In this document: positions 13,341-26,329 of the stretch, piece after piece
Layout of the letters: the number at the start of each line of letters is the position of its first letter
Numbering within the stretch: position 1 is the stretch's first letter
Assembly (NCBI RefSeq): GCF_006345805.1
Contig: NC_043020.1
Location: 29,450,001-29,514,000 of the forward strand
Direction: 5' to 3'
From: Octopus sinensis
Taxonomy: Eukaryota
Length of the DNA stretch: 64,000 nucleotides
The notes under the pieces: generated by a model
Told to the model about the DNA's origin: nothing
The model's input: only the letters and a program-made list of their open reading frames with translations
The model's database searches: none
Position numbers and translations under genes: made by a program

Positions 13341-13762
13341 CTCTTTTCAGATTACAAGTTCAGGATTATACCTGTAATTATTGGGGCCCGGGATATGTAA
13401 CACACTGCCTAAATACCAGTCTTGAGAAAATAGGCTTCTCAAAACCAGAAAGGAGAAAGCTAATTCGAAGACTACAGATCCAATCCATCACTGGAACTGT
13501 AAAAATCTGTAAAACTTTCCAGAAGTTTATCATTTAAGTATATACATACATGTCTAGACACGCAACTATATGCATGAGAAGATATGCATAAAATGAACCT
13601 GCACGTGCACTGACTCCAGCTGCACATGTACAAACATATATGCAAAAATGCCTGGCTGGTACTGACATTCAAATGAAGGAGGCTTGGGTCTGGGCTAGAA
13701 ACCGGCTCTTTCTCTACTGGAAAAAATCTTGAAATAAAACTAAATGATGGCATACATACATA
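13341..13762 (+). mobile_element. 3' fragment of an R2/R4(Dong)-type REL-endonuclease LINE
   Basis: Encodes LFSDYKFRIIPVIIGA/(frameshift)GYVTHCLNTSLEKIGFSKPERRKLIRRLQIQSITGTVKICKTFQKF*, typical of the REL-domain C-terminus (IPVIIGALG). Followed by a 3'UTR and a (CATA)n tail. Confidence 0.7.
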
Positions 13763-13954
13763 TTACACTTAGGTATAACGATGCTAATAACGGTAGGCGA
13801 GTTCCCCAAAAACATACACTTCATTGGAAAGCCTCCGAGGTAGCTATAAGCACTCAGAGCTCAGAGCATTGCTTCTAGTAGCAGAAACAGCTGTAAGTCA
13901 GTGAAGTTGATTACGTAATCTTTGTTCCAATGCCAATCCATTAAGAAAGAAAAA

Positions 13955-14048
<94 letters not shown>

Positions 14049-14556
14049 CATACATACCATACATACATACATACATACATACATACATACATAGAACAAA
14101 TGACCGAATAAGCAAGACTCAGTGTATCTCGCGAACTCCAGAGTACGGCTGAACCGACTGCGGCTGAATTTATGTGAAAGCGTGAGACAAGGTTGTATGT
14201 ATGTGTGCGAGTGCGCTCGCGTGTGTGTATGTGTGTGTGTGTGTGTGTGTGTCTCACGAAACTACCGAACCTTGAGTCACTCTGTTGCTTCTGCTAAATA
14301 TTAAGAAAACTAGATGTATGTATGTGTGTATATGTGTATGTGTAATATCGACGTATTCTTACGCTCACGCACACACAACAAATACACACACACACACAAC
14401 AAACGCACACACACAACAAACACGCACACACACACACACACAACAAGCACACACACACACACTTGCAGCATTGAGTAGAATCGATAACATGAATGGCGAA
14501 AGAAGTCCGTACGGTTTTAACGGTACAGAAACACGTAGCATAAACCGTGAAGCTAC

Positions 14557-14664
14557 TGACGTCACGTGAATGTGCTGAAATCGTAAATACAATACTGCTG
14601 ACGTCAGTCTGAAATCTGATTCTTAGTCCCTATAGCAACGTTTTACACGCACGCACTACACACG

Positions 14665-14698
<34 letters not shown>

Positions 14699-14960
14699 CA
14701 TTTTCAACACCCACAAATACATATGTACGCACCTATGTATGTATATCTATGTACATGTATATTTTTAGGTATATGTAATGTATTTATATGTACATATATA
14801 TATATATAATGTGTGTGTACATATATATATATGTAAATATACGTATGTATTTATGGTTGTGTGTGTGTGTGTGTATGTTGGTGTATATGTGTTATGTATG
14901 TGTGTATATCTGTGTGTGTGTGTTACGTGGTGCACTGTACGCATTGGTGTGCTGACGTCA
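14557..14960. promoter_or_regulatory. Cluster of three perfect CRE palindromes with an overlapping E-box
   Basis: TGACGTCA at 14557-14564, 14599-14606 and 14953-14960; CACGTG at 14563-14568; ATTGG at 14943-14947. A GC-rich leader-like region follows (15200-15480). Confidence 0.55.
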
Positions 14961-15650
14961 TACTGGCCGTGTGTACATATTGATTTTGTCATTATGCTGA
15001 TGTAGTTGAGAAAATTTCAGCAGTCTCCCAGTGTGCGTTTATGTATGCAAGTGTGTGTGTGCGTGAGTACGTACATGCGTCCGTGTACTTCTGTGTGTGT
15101 GTGAATGTGTGTGTGAGTGTGTGGGTAAGAGAGGGAGTGTGAGAGATAGAGATAGAGTGTGTGTATATGAATGCATGTGTGTATTTTCGTATAAGCATTT
15201 CTGCTGGCTCGACTCGGTTCGGCTCGGCTTGACTTGGCTTTCACTCACAACTACAACAACAACCACAACCACGACCACCACCACGGCGGCGGCGGCAGCG
15301 GGTATGTGCACTCGATGAGACGGCGGTGTTTTACTGTCTGCACTCTGGCATTGATCCCCACTGAAGCTACTCGGCAGATCTGAGCTGGCGACGGGTGGGC
15401 GGCGGGCGGCGGGTGGCGGACGAGTGGCGGGTGGCGGGTGGCAGCATACCACCGCTGCACAGAAATACAACTGGCAACAGGTGGCAAATTATTATAACGA
15501 TGATGATAAACGCATCTTTTGCATCTCACTGACTGTTTATTTACCTTTCTCCCTGCATCCATTGCCCCTTCTCTTTCCCTCTCACTTTTCCTCTCTCTCA
15601 CTCTCTCTCTCACTCTCTCTCTCTCTTTTATATACATACATACAATACAG

Positions 15651-15687
<37 letters not shown>

Positions 15688-15746
15688 TATATATATATAT
15701 ATATATAGACATACATATATATTCCTGCCTCTCTCGTGAACTACCC

Positions 15747-15827
<81 letters not shown>

Positions 15828-15894
15828 GATATATATGCATGTATGTATATATCTCACTGCATCTGTATCGCCTGGCTACATATAATGCATGTAT

Positions 15895-15941
<47 letters not shown>

Positions 15942-16181
15942 TATATATATATATGTCATTCACTCTCTCTCTCTCTCGAGGTCCTTTTTTTTTGAACACT
16001 TTTTCTTTCTTTCTCTGTCACTCTCTCTCCCTCTCTCCTCTCTTTCGCTCTCCCTCTCCCCTTCTCTCTTTCTCTCTTCGTCTCTCTAGCTTCCCGTCAA
16101 CACCACCACCACCACCACCCACCATCGGCCTCGTGTCCTAGCCACCACCGCCGCCCCACAATTCATCATTGCTGCCATAAC

Positions 16182-16281
16182 NNNNNNNNNNNNNNNNNNN
16201 NNNNNNNNNNNNNNNNNNNNNNNNNNNNNNNNNNNNNNNNNNNNNNNNNNNNNNNNNNNNNNNNNNNNNNNNNNNNNNNNN
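16182..16281. other. Assembly gap (100 N)
   Basis: Exactly 100 N; contiguity across the gap is unverified. Confidence 1.
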
Positions 16282-16813
16282 TTTTAAATGTTCCATCATC
16301 GTAACGAGCCATATTTATTTTATTAGAAAGCACTTCTGATTTCATATATATATATACACACATACATATACATATACAGATGTGTATACATATATATATA
16401 TATATGTATATGAATAGCTATTTATAATATATGTACAATGTGTGGAGGGGTTGTACCTATACATGTATGGCAAAAATTACGTAAGGATCGATGGATCTTC
16501 TTAAAGGTGGTCGTAGTATAGTTTACCTTTTTTTATTATTATCGTTTAGCCAAGGTCAACTAAAGGTATTTGGTTCTCTCTTTTTCATTTTAAATATATC
16601 AACGACTTGTATTTTCTGATGTGTCCATTTATTTAAGACAGCAGTGTCAGGTTATGAGAGAGATTTGACTTCTATTTCAAGCAGATCAAACGACCGTTTA
16701 GAGCAGGAGTGAAAAAGCTTTCTTAGTCCCAGGGTCGAAGTAAAAATGCATAAGAACCCATGTTAGATTTTTGTTTTTTACATATTCATATTTGGAGCAA
16801 AATAATTTAAACA

Positions 16814-16853
<40 letters not shown>

Positions 16854-17066
16854 TTGCGCGTTCACGCGTGTGGGTGTGGAAACTTCGTCACCGGTTGTGT
16901 GGTTAAAAAACCCGCTTTACAACCACGTGGTTGCAAGTTCGGTTCCACTGCGCAGCGCCTTGCCAAGTGTCTCCTCCTATTGTCCTGGGCCGACCAATAC
17001 CTTGTGAGTGAATTTGGTAGACGGAAATTGTGTGGAAGCCCCTCAGAAATATATGTGTGTATGACA

Positions 17067-17104
<38 letters not shown>

Positions 17105-18205
17105 TGTGTGTGTGTGCTTATTCTTCACCAACCGCTTGTTCGTTAGTTTACGTTCCTGTGACATACAAGTTCGGCAAAAGAGATCGACATAATAAATACC
17201 AAACTTTGAAAAAAAGTAAACGCTGGGATCGATTTGTTCAGCTAAAACCGTACAAGACGGTGCTCCAGCATGACCGCAGTCACAGTATTGGCGCCTCTAA
17301 ACTGGGAAGAAGTTGAAAGCGACTTTTAAGCGTTCTAACTATCCAGATTGCTCACTCGAAATCCGGCATACCTCCGCTCCGGAATTCGATGGCCCTGGCC
17401 CTCTCGTAAGGACTGGATTATAAACAATCATTCTATCACAATTGGGTGCAGAAAATTTCCTGGCTGTCACGAAAGGTCTGGTTGGAGCCCCCAACCTTCT
17501 GAGTTCTTTTAGAGGGCTTAGAAAATCGGAAGAACTGTTGCAATAAGCGTATGACCCTGAGAAAGGAATATCTTGGATAAAACCATTATTAACTGATCCT
17601 CCTGTATTTTCTTTTCCCTAAAGCCAGGGACTTTTCACCACTTCCCACCTCGTAATTTGATTTGGCTTAACCGAGTTTCCAGTTTTACAATATTGTAATT
17701 TCAGAATATGTACCTTGATAGTTTTTCCTGTAATTTCGCTAAACATTTATCACATTCTGTAAAATAGTTATTTATTTCTAAGAATAAATGAAGCAAAAAT
17801 TAGATAATATGATCTCACCTGTCCCCATGGTTTTGGGTTCGTTTCCGAACAGAGTTGTTTCAATTGACGCGAATCTCATAAAAGTTATGATTACAAAATA
17901 AAAGTTTATGAAAAACACTTTCAAACGAGATAATCTCAACACTTAAAATTTTCCTTTCTTTTCCAGATAGTGACCAGAGACGTCCAGTACTTCTTCGATG
18001 CTGACCATCACAACTTAGCATGGGTGTGCATAAAGCATTATATGCTGGAGGTTTGTATAAGACATCAGGGGATAAATTAAATCCTTCGTTCCTCTACCCA
18101 ATGGAATCGAACGTGAACACACAGATATACGTGGCTGCATGTGTGATTCTGTGTGTGTGTGTTATAGAGAAATACATACATATATATACATATATGTGTG
18201 TGTGT

Positions 18206-18254
<49 letters not shown>

Positions 18255-19237
18255 ATGTATGTATGTATGAATGTATGTATATATCAATATATATATACAT
18301 ATATATATACGTAGGTATGTTGTATGTATAATATATATATGTATATATACATATACACACACTGCACACACACACAAACACACACATACACACACACACA
18401 CATAATATATATATATATTATATAATATATAGATATATATATATATATATATATCTATATATATATTATTATATATTGTGAAGGCGTGTGGCTCACAAGG
18501 TCGTGGTTCGATTCCCAAACGGCGTAATACGTTGTGTGTAAAGCATCCAATAGTCTGACAGATACCGTGATTATATATATATATATATATATACATACAT
18601 ACATACATACATACATACATACATACATACATACATACATGCAAATCACGGAATCTATTAGACTATGTGTATGGGGTGTACAAAGAGGGGGGAGAGAGAG
18701 AAAGAGAGAGGGAGAGAGAGAGAGAATTTCATATGAACAGCATTCAGAATCTCTTCGAACTTTGATTTTTTGATTTTTACCAATGTTGGCATCGCCATTT
18801 AGAATTAAGATGGTTCTTGGGTAAATACATAAAATCTCCATCATTGTCTCAAATATCAGTTCCACTGTTGCTATAGAAATTACATTAGGAGACACTCACT
18901 CGCCAAAGGGGAAAGTTCCGACTTTTCCAAAGTCTGACATTCGAAGGTTTTTACTTTGGTCCACAGACTCTGCCATTTTTTTCTGTTTGTTTGTTTGTTT
19001 TATTTTTCTATTTTTCATGTCATTAGATTGCGGTCATGCTGGAGCACGGCCCTTGAATAATTTTTAGTCGAAGAAATCGACTCCAGTACTTCTTTTTTTT
19101 TTCTTTTTAGTTTGGTACGTATTCTATCGGTTCCTTTTGCCGAACCTCGAGGTTACGGGAACGTAAACAAACTAATACCAGTTATCAAGTGAGGATGGGA
19201 GACAAACACAAACACAAACATGCACACACACAGGTGC

Positions 19238-19299
<62 letters not shown>

Positions 19300-19339
19300 A
19301 TGTATGTATGTACGTGTGTGTGTGTGTGTGTGTGTGTGT

Positions 19340-19370
<31 letters not shown>

Positions 19371-19980
19371 TGTGTGAAGTTTCCATCAGTTTCCGTCTAC
19401 CAAATCCACTCACAAGGCCCTGGTCGGCCCGAGGCTATAGCAGAAGACACTTGCCCAAGGTGCACAGACAGTGGGACTGAACCCGGAACCATTTGTTTGG
19501 CAAGCCACAATACGCGACTAAACATCATCGACAATAACAGTAACAATAAAGAGTGGTTTTTGTAAATACCAAAATATTTGTGGCACTGATTGCCAGTTGC
19601 GAGGAGATCTCCAGAGAAACAAACCTTACAATGTTTCCGCAGTTTACTGTATGTCCAAGACAGATCGTAAACGAAGTGCTACGAATTAACGAAACCGGGA
19701 GACAGGCGACGAACTCTACCGTATTTTGTTTCGTTCCTTAATCTTTTTCAGATTCAATTCCTCCAAGATCGAACCATTCCAAGGTTGTTTCAATAAACTT
19801 TACCTTCTCGGTGGAAAAAAAATGACGCTGTGTCAGATGAAAGGAAATCATTTAGATATAGTTTCATCTTACAACTTAGATGAGATCGGTCTCGCAAGGT
19901 CACATGCCACCCTAGTATTAGCCACTCTATGATGTCACTACACAATATACAATACACGCACACATACAGACATACACACA

Positions 19981-20064
<84 letters not shown>

Positions 20065-20069
<5 letters not shown>

Positions 20070-20306
20070 GGAGTAAACACCATAAATGTGAAAACAGGTG
20101 GAAAAAGAGTACTCAAATCCAGTGGTAGAGTAATATGCTTTATTTAAAGCAGCAGAAAATTCAACAAAACCTGTTACTCTGAGTTACACGTTTCCGTTCG
20201 TCGGACAGTTTTTGCTAGAATAGAATGGAATCGGTTCTATTCTATTCTAGCAAAAACTGTCCGACGAACGGGAACCTGTAACTCAGAGTAACAGGTTTTG
20301 TTGAAT
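20065..20306. mobile_element. Penelope-like element terminal fragment with inverted duplication
   Basis: Abuts (TA)n. Contains 68-bp inverted arms (20159-20226 and 20239-20306, 2 mismatches), each with a hammerhead-like motif. The PLE assignment is inferred from this architecture. Confidence 0.6.
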
Positions 20307-21639
20307 GAAATATAAACAAATATTCTGTGCTTATGACTGCATATATATTCTTTTTCTCTGTACAACCGATAATTATAGAATAATTCTGTGTGTCTAGAAA
20401 CTCTTTCTGGCTCGCTTGACTTGAATATGGTCAGCATTCATCGGTCTCGTCGGCAACGCCATGACATGTTTGTATATAGGGGCCGACAATTGAATGAAAA
20501 ATGTACTGTTTATTGCCTGTTTAATGTTGTTTTGATTGTTGTAGGTAATAAAGACTTTTAAATGTTTTAACTAGAATGCCACATGTTAGCCGTAGAACAA
20601 AAACACTCGATGTCGTATGTTCGTCGCTGTCGCACGTTACTAGGAAACTCATGGATTCTTGTGCGTGTGACAGTGACTATGCATGGGCATTCTATGCGGC
20701 GGTTTTTCAAGGGAGACAACTATGGTAAAAAATATAAAAAAACAATTTGGTCTGTTCAAGGGAGGTGACTCTATTTGAATTTTTCCTTTTCTTTTTGTTG
20801 TTTTTTTTTTTTGGTTTCGTGTCATCAATAAAATATCTTTGTGAAATAGTATCGCATTAGCAAAAACAAAACAACTGGCTTAAAATATGTGCCTTTCATA
20901 ATCCTTTTATTTTTCCAAATAGAAAAATATTGACCAATTGGTTAATTTTTCATGAAATACGACACAGAATGGAGACACATAGAATGGTTTAAATATTTCT
21001 GCAGACTCAGGAGGGACATCAACAATTGTTTCTTCTTTTTATCAGAATTCATTTATAAATATTTTTGCTATTTTCTAGTATATTGAGCAAACATCGCTAC
21101 ACTCGGGTCAATTGTGAACCTGGGAAAAAATATCGTAGCAGACCCTTTTCCATGCAGACGATGTTTTTCGTAGGTAAGTAGGTGAAAACCAGTGCAAATC
21201 GTGCCTCAAATTGTTGTTATATCATCATCATTGCATCATGAGGTAAGGCACCTTGCACAGTACATGAAAAAGGAAAAACATCATGGAATAGTGCAGCTCC
21301 CCCTCTACAGTGAAGAGGTGGTAAAAAATTTCTAAATGCGCATCGAACGAGTTCGCACTCTTCTCCATGCATACCTAAAACAGCGAAGGTCTCCTATAGA
21401 AAAGAGTATCAGAAGTGTATATGATTCTATGCAGAGATCTCCCATGTGAGGTGGGAATGTCTTTTGGTAGAATGGATTGCCTTTTGGATGGGCATTTTAA
21501 GGAAATCCGCCCCACCAACAAGACCAGATTACTCATTCTTTAAAACAGAGGTAAGTAGCCTTTCTTACATTTTCTCCTCCCAATATGACCGTATTAAAAA
21601 CTGACATTATAAAGGCACATAGCTTGGAATCGGTCTGGA

Positions 21640-22260
21640 AGCAAGGTCAATTGTTTAACGATCTCAAGCCACTGGATTTAGATATGGTGGCCATCAGTGA
21701 AACGATGATTTTAATGCATTCGGTCACTCACGCTTCTTAACGATGGCTATGAGTAGGCGCGTCTTTCGGTCAGCCCTCTTCCAACAAGTTGACATTGTTG
21801 CTTCGGAAAGTCTGGGACTTGAAGTACCAATAATCTTCTTGGTTTTGGTTGGCAATTCAGCGGCCCTGAATGTGAACAAAAGCGACAGTGGTGCCTTCCA
21901 TCTTGTGACTGTTTATTCTCCGAAGGCTGCAGAACAGCCGGACTTATAACTCGACCAGAGTCGTTCATGGGAACACCAGACTCGTTACAGCAAATGGAAG
22001 TAACTCGAAAGATATCTTAGACGTATTTTGGGATTGTGAGAGAGAATTCAGTATGAGAGATGTATAAGCCTTGCCAACCTCGTACGTTTCCAACTTCGTA
22101 ACAGATCACAACTGGATTCCTCCAAAATGTGCCAATGTGGATATAAACACACTGCTTGATGATACGGTGAGAGTGGAATAGGTGTTGCTCCCAAGTGAAT
22201 TTACTGCAAGGTGAGTGAGATATTTCACGGGCATTCCTTGACTGAGCCTATTGCAGGCCG
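21640..22260 (+). mobile_element. Decayed Tx1/L1-like AP-endonuclease region
   Basis: Encodes NDLKPLDLDMVAISET and LNVNKSDSGAFHLVTVYSP, motifs resembling an APE domain, with stops and frameshifts. Confidence 0.55.
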
Positions 22261-22389
22261 ATATTATGCATTTTTATATTTTTAAGCCTACTTTTCCTTT
22301 TACAAACAATTCAGTTTAAGTTTCCCATTCCTCTACCATTTCCAATGTTCTCTCATCCCTTGCCTTCGTGGCAAGTGAAATAAATAAAT

Positions 22390-22396
22390 TATTATC

Positions 22397-22433
<37 letters not shown>

Positions 22434-22600
22434 TATTATTATTATTATTATATATTATTATTATATATTATTATTTTATTATTATTATTATTATTATTAT
22501 TTTCATCATCATTATTATTATTATTATTATTATGATTATTATTATTATTATTATTATCATCATTATTATTATATTATTATTATATATTATTATTATATTA

Positions 22601-22632
<32 letters not shown>

Positions 22633-22929
22633 TATTATATTATTATATTATTATTATTATTATTATCATCATTATTATTATATTATCATCATTATTATTA
22701 TTATTATCATTATTATTATTATTTATTATTATTTCATCATATTATTATTATTATTATCATTATTATTATTATTTATTATTTATTATTATTATTATTATTA
22801 TTTATTATTATCATTATTATTATTATTGTTATTATTATTATTATTATTATTCATCATCATCATCATCATCATTATTATTATTATTATTATATATTATTAT
22901 TATTATTATCATCATTATTATTATTATTA

Positions 22930-22968
<39 letters not shown>

Positions 22969-23090
22969 CATCATTATTATTATTATTATCATCATTATTA
23001 TTATTATTATTATTATCATTAATTATTATTATTATTTATTATTTATCATTATTATTATTATTATTATCATTATCATCATTATTATCATTA

Positions 23091-23127
<37 letters not shown>

Positions 23128-23146
23128 GTCATTATTATTGTTATTA
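22390..23146. repeat. ~750-bp imperfect (ATT)n/(ATC)n tract
   Basis: Direct reading; source of the 208-aa poly-I/Y/L ORF. Confidence 0.97.
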
Positions 23147-23768
23147 TTCAGAAATTGAAGACTTGGAAACATCTGTTACAGATTGAAATGGTGCCAAGTT
23201 GTGAATACTGAAAGAAGACGATATCTGTGCAGGTTTATAAAAATTTCTGAAAAATGAGAAAAACCGAATAAATGCAAAAACGCAAGAATAAAAAATTAAT
23301 ATAAGTCAAATATATTCTTCTTCTCTTATAATTCCAGTCACATCGAAGATGTGTTCCAGGAATTTTTTAATCAACTGTTATGTTTATATTTAATTTTAAA
23401 AAAAGATCTTTATACCAGTTGTTTCTGAATAAACAAAATCTATTATACATTATATATATTAAGTAAGAATGTTTTTTAAATAAGGAACGTGATACAGCAG
23501 GTACGAACACGACGAAGCCATTATCTTTAGCCGTTCATCTTCAGTCAAGCCCACCGAATCATCATAGAGCAAAATTTCGGCTGTTCAATTCGATATTTCT
23601 CCAACCGCCACCCAAGAAAAAAAACTAAGCTGTAAGCAATTAGATTTTCTGGTAGAAGAAGACCGGATGTGACGCACAAGACGGATGTGAATACAAGAGA
23701 CGAAAACGAAATGAAACAATATAAACAAATATCTATATGGTTGTCATAGACTTAGACCAAATGAGCAA

Positions 23769-23852
<84 letters not shown>

Positions 23853-23926
23853 ATATAGGATAAAAGTTTTCGAAAAAAATTCTATCAATGGCCAGCATAT
23901 TAAAAAATACCTTTAAAGGTTAAATT

Positions 23927-24213
23927 TTATAAACAAGGGCAAAAGAAAAAAATTCTAATGCCAAATATGCCGAAAATAGACAAATCGAATATAACCATAT
24001 AATTCATCACTATAAGCACGCGTCTCGAAATAAGCCGACAGAAATTTCTAAAAAATTCCGTTATTATCGTATTGGTCCCAATTTCAGAGTTAATTCATAA
24101 GAATTTTCTCCTTGAGACGCGTACTTATAGTGATAAATTATATGGTTATTGACGATTTGTCTATTTTCGGCATATTTGGCATTAGGGTTTTTTTTCTTTT
24201 GCCCTTGTTTATA
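23927..24213. repeat. ~100-bp inverted repeat with ~85-bp spacer (fold-back element)
   Basis: 23927-24027 matches the reverse complement of 24113-24213 with few mismatches (ttataaacaagggcaaaag...ataagcacgcgtctc). Confidence 0.9.
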
Positions 24214-24829
24214 AGTTGTGTGTGTGTATGTATATATATATATGTGTATATATATATATATGGTGAAAGATGGAAGGGAAGCAAAACTTCGTATAAAGTA
24301 AAGCCGTGAAAGTTCATGCATAATATGCTTTTAAGTATAATACGCAATCGGGTCTAAGACGCATCCCGATTTTAAGGACTAAATCATCTGAAAATTTTAT
24401 AAGGCCAAATATAACTTGCAGTATTGCACAACTGCTACAAGAATAGATAATCTACCATGATCCCTAAAATACTTTGAAATACAATAAAAGAAATTATTCT
24501 AAGGAATAAAACTTTACTACATCATTGTGTTTTTGTCGAATAAAATTTGGTGAGGAAAAATTTCGCTGTGCAATGGCATCTATTAGAAAATATTCCGAAT
24601 TGTTAGCTTTGATTTTGAGTTAAAAAACAAAAACCTGCGTATTATGCATGGAATTTTACAATAATTACTGGTAATGTATTGGAGGCAAGGTTGTACGTGA
24701 TGGTAGTTACAAATAAGCCTATGCTGTGACTCGGCCTCTTAGAAATAACAGTCAAATGCCTTTCAAATCATAATGTTTAAGAAAGAAGGCACGCATTGGA
24801 TTATATAGTCCTAGATATAATGAAGGAGC

Positions 24830-25110
24830 TTCCACGAGATGGCGCTACCGACCAGAAATAACATCCAAATTTCCGTTCAATCCGAACCTACTGTTTTCGG
24901 TACACTTCGCCCGCTTCTCTTCCTTGTAGAGATCCCTGTTAGTTATAAGTCCTTTTATTCTAGTAACATCTCTCTTCGAACTACTGCTCTCTGGAACTCA
25001 CCATCACCGTCTGGTTTCCCATTAGTCTGTCAAGCTTTCTGCCAATCAACATCTTTTGAATTTGTTGCCCCTTCCTTTTCCTTTTTCATTGTCCTTTTCG
25101 CTGCTGTGGT
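24830..25110 (+). mobile_element. CR1/Jockey-type LINE 3' remnant
   Basis: Encodes VEIPVSYKSFYSSNISLRTTALWNSPSPSGFP, resembling the CR1/Jockey C-terminal ..YSNSFFPRT..LWNSLP motif. Confidence 0.5.
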
Positions 25111-26329
25111 TTCGAGCTTTGGGACAAAATCGTATTTTTAAAAAATTGTATCCCACACTACACGTGACCAAAAGCCGTTTTAGGTTGAATTAAGTCGTGT
25201 TATAGGACTAAATGTTGTTACAAGTATCTTTTTCTGCTAGAAAATAAACGTTAGAAATCTTCTCAAAATATTTCTCCCTTCTTGGGCCGTTTCAATAAGC
25301 ATCAATTTTAAAGCTGGTTTCATCCGAACAAGTAAAACAGATTGGGGAACCTTGCTTGGTTGGCTAAGTAAACTAACTACGGTTATTTTATCCCTTTTTA
25401 GTCCCTCCCTTCTTATGAAGGGAATTTACTCTAAGTTTGTGCTGTACGTAAAATTAAGCTGACCAGAAACAACTTTGAACATGGAACTCAGATTTTAAAT
25501 GCAAAGCAAGGTTGATAAGCTGGGACATCAACTTAAAAAATGGAGCGAGAATTATAATTAGAAACAGAGAGTTCAAGTACAGAGCAAAGACTTGGAACAT
25601 GGCAAAGACACTCCTAACATGTCTCAAACATCGATTTGTCATGACACCTTTGGACTCATTAGGCCGGAACTTAACCCAGTCGCTATGGTGTATAAATGAT
25701 TGAGATGACAACATTCCCTCTTGAATAGGAAGCTAGTCCATCACAAGGTTAACTTCCCAGTTATTGCTGGGACTCATTTAGTGTCGAGTGATGTGGAGCA
25801 ATATGATATGAAATGTTTTGCACGAGAGCACAACACACTGCCCGACCCAAAAATCGAAACCACTACCTCACGACCGTGAATGCAACACCCTTAACCACTC
25901 GACCATCTGCCTTTACTGTAACATGCAACAGAGACTTAATAAACAAGAAGCCGACATTTAACATATGTAACATTAACAATTTTCCTCTCAAACATTAAAC
26001 TCAACAGCAAAAGGAATCTAGTTTTGCAGAAGTAGAACGAAAACAAAATCAAATATGTGTGCTGATATAACTGAGTTTTATAGGAATATATATTCAGTTA
26101 TTTGGCAGATTTGGGGGACACCATTACTTTTTTTAAAAAATATTATAATTTTATTATTTGTTATTTTTTACAAACTGGGACACAAATACAATCATATCTT
26201 GATTCTTTTTTTTTTTTTTAGTGATCAGTGGTATCCATCAATTGGTAGTTTATCTCACTGATTAGAGGAATAGATCAATCGATTACACTGACCCAGTTCT
26301 CGGCTGGTTTCTTTTTGTTATTAGAAAAG

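Noticed and set aside
18740-18975. Minus-strand MAESVDQSKNLRMSDFGKVGTFPFG|GTGAGT first-exon candidate
   Set aside because: No compatible downstream exon was found, and the adjacent ILILNGDANIG resembles a LINE AP-endonuclease GDFNA motif, so a LINE relic is more likely.
21335-21420. MRIERVRTLLHAYLKQRR resembling GINS4/SLD5
   Set aside because: Only a short motif resembles it; the flanking sequence does not continue the homology and has stops.
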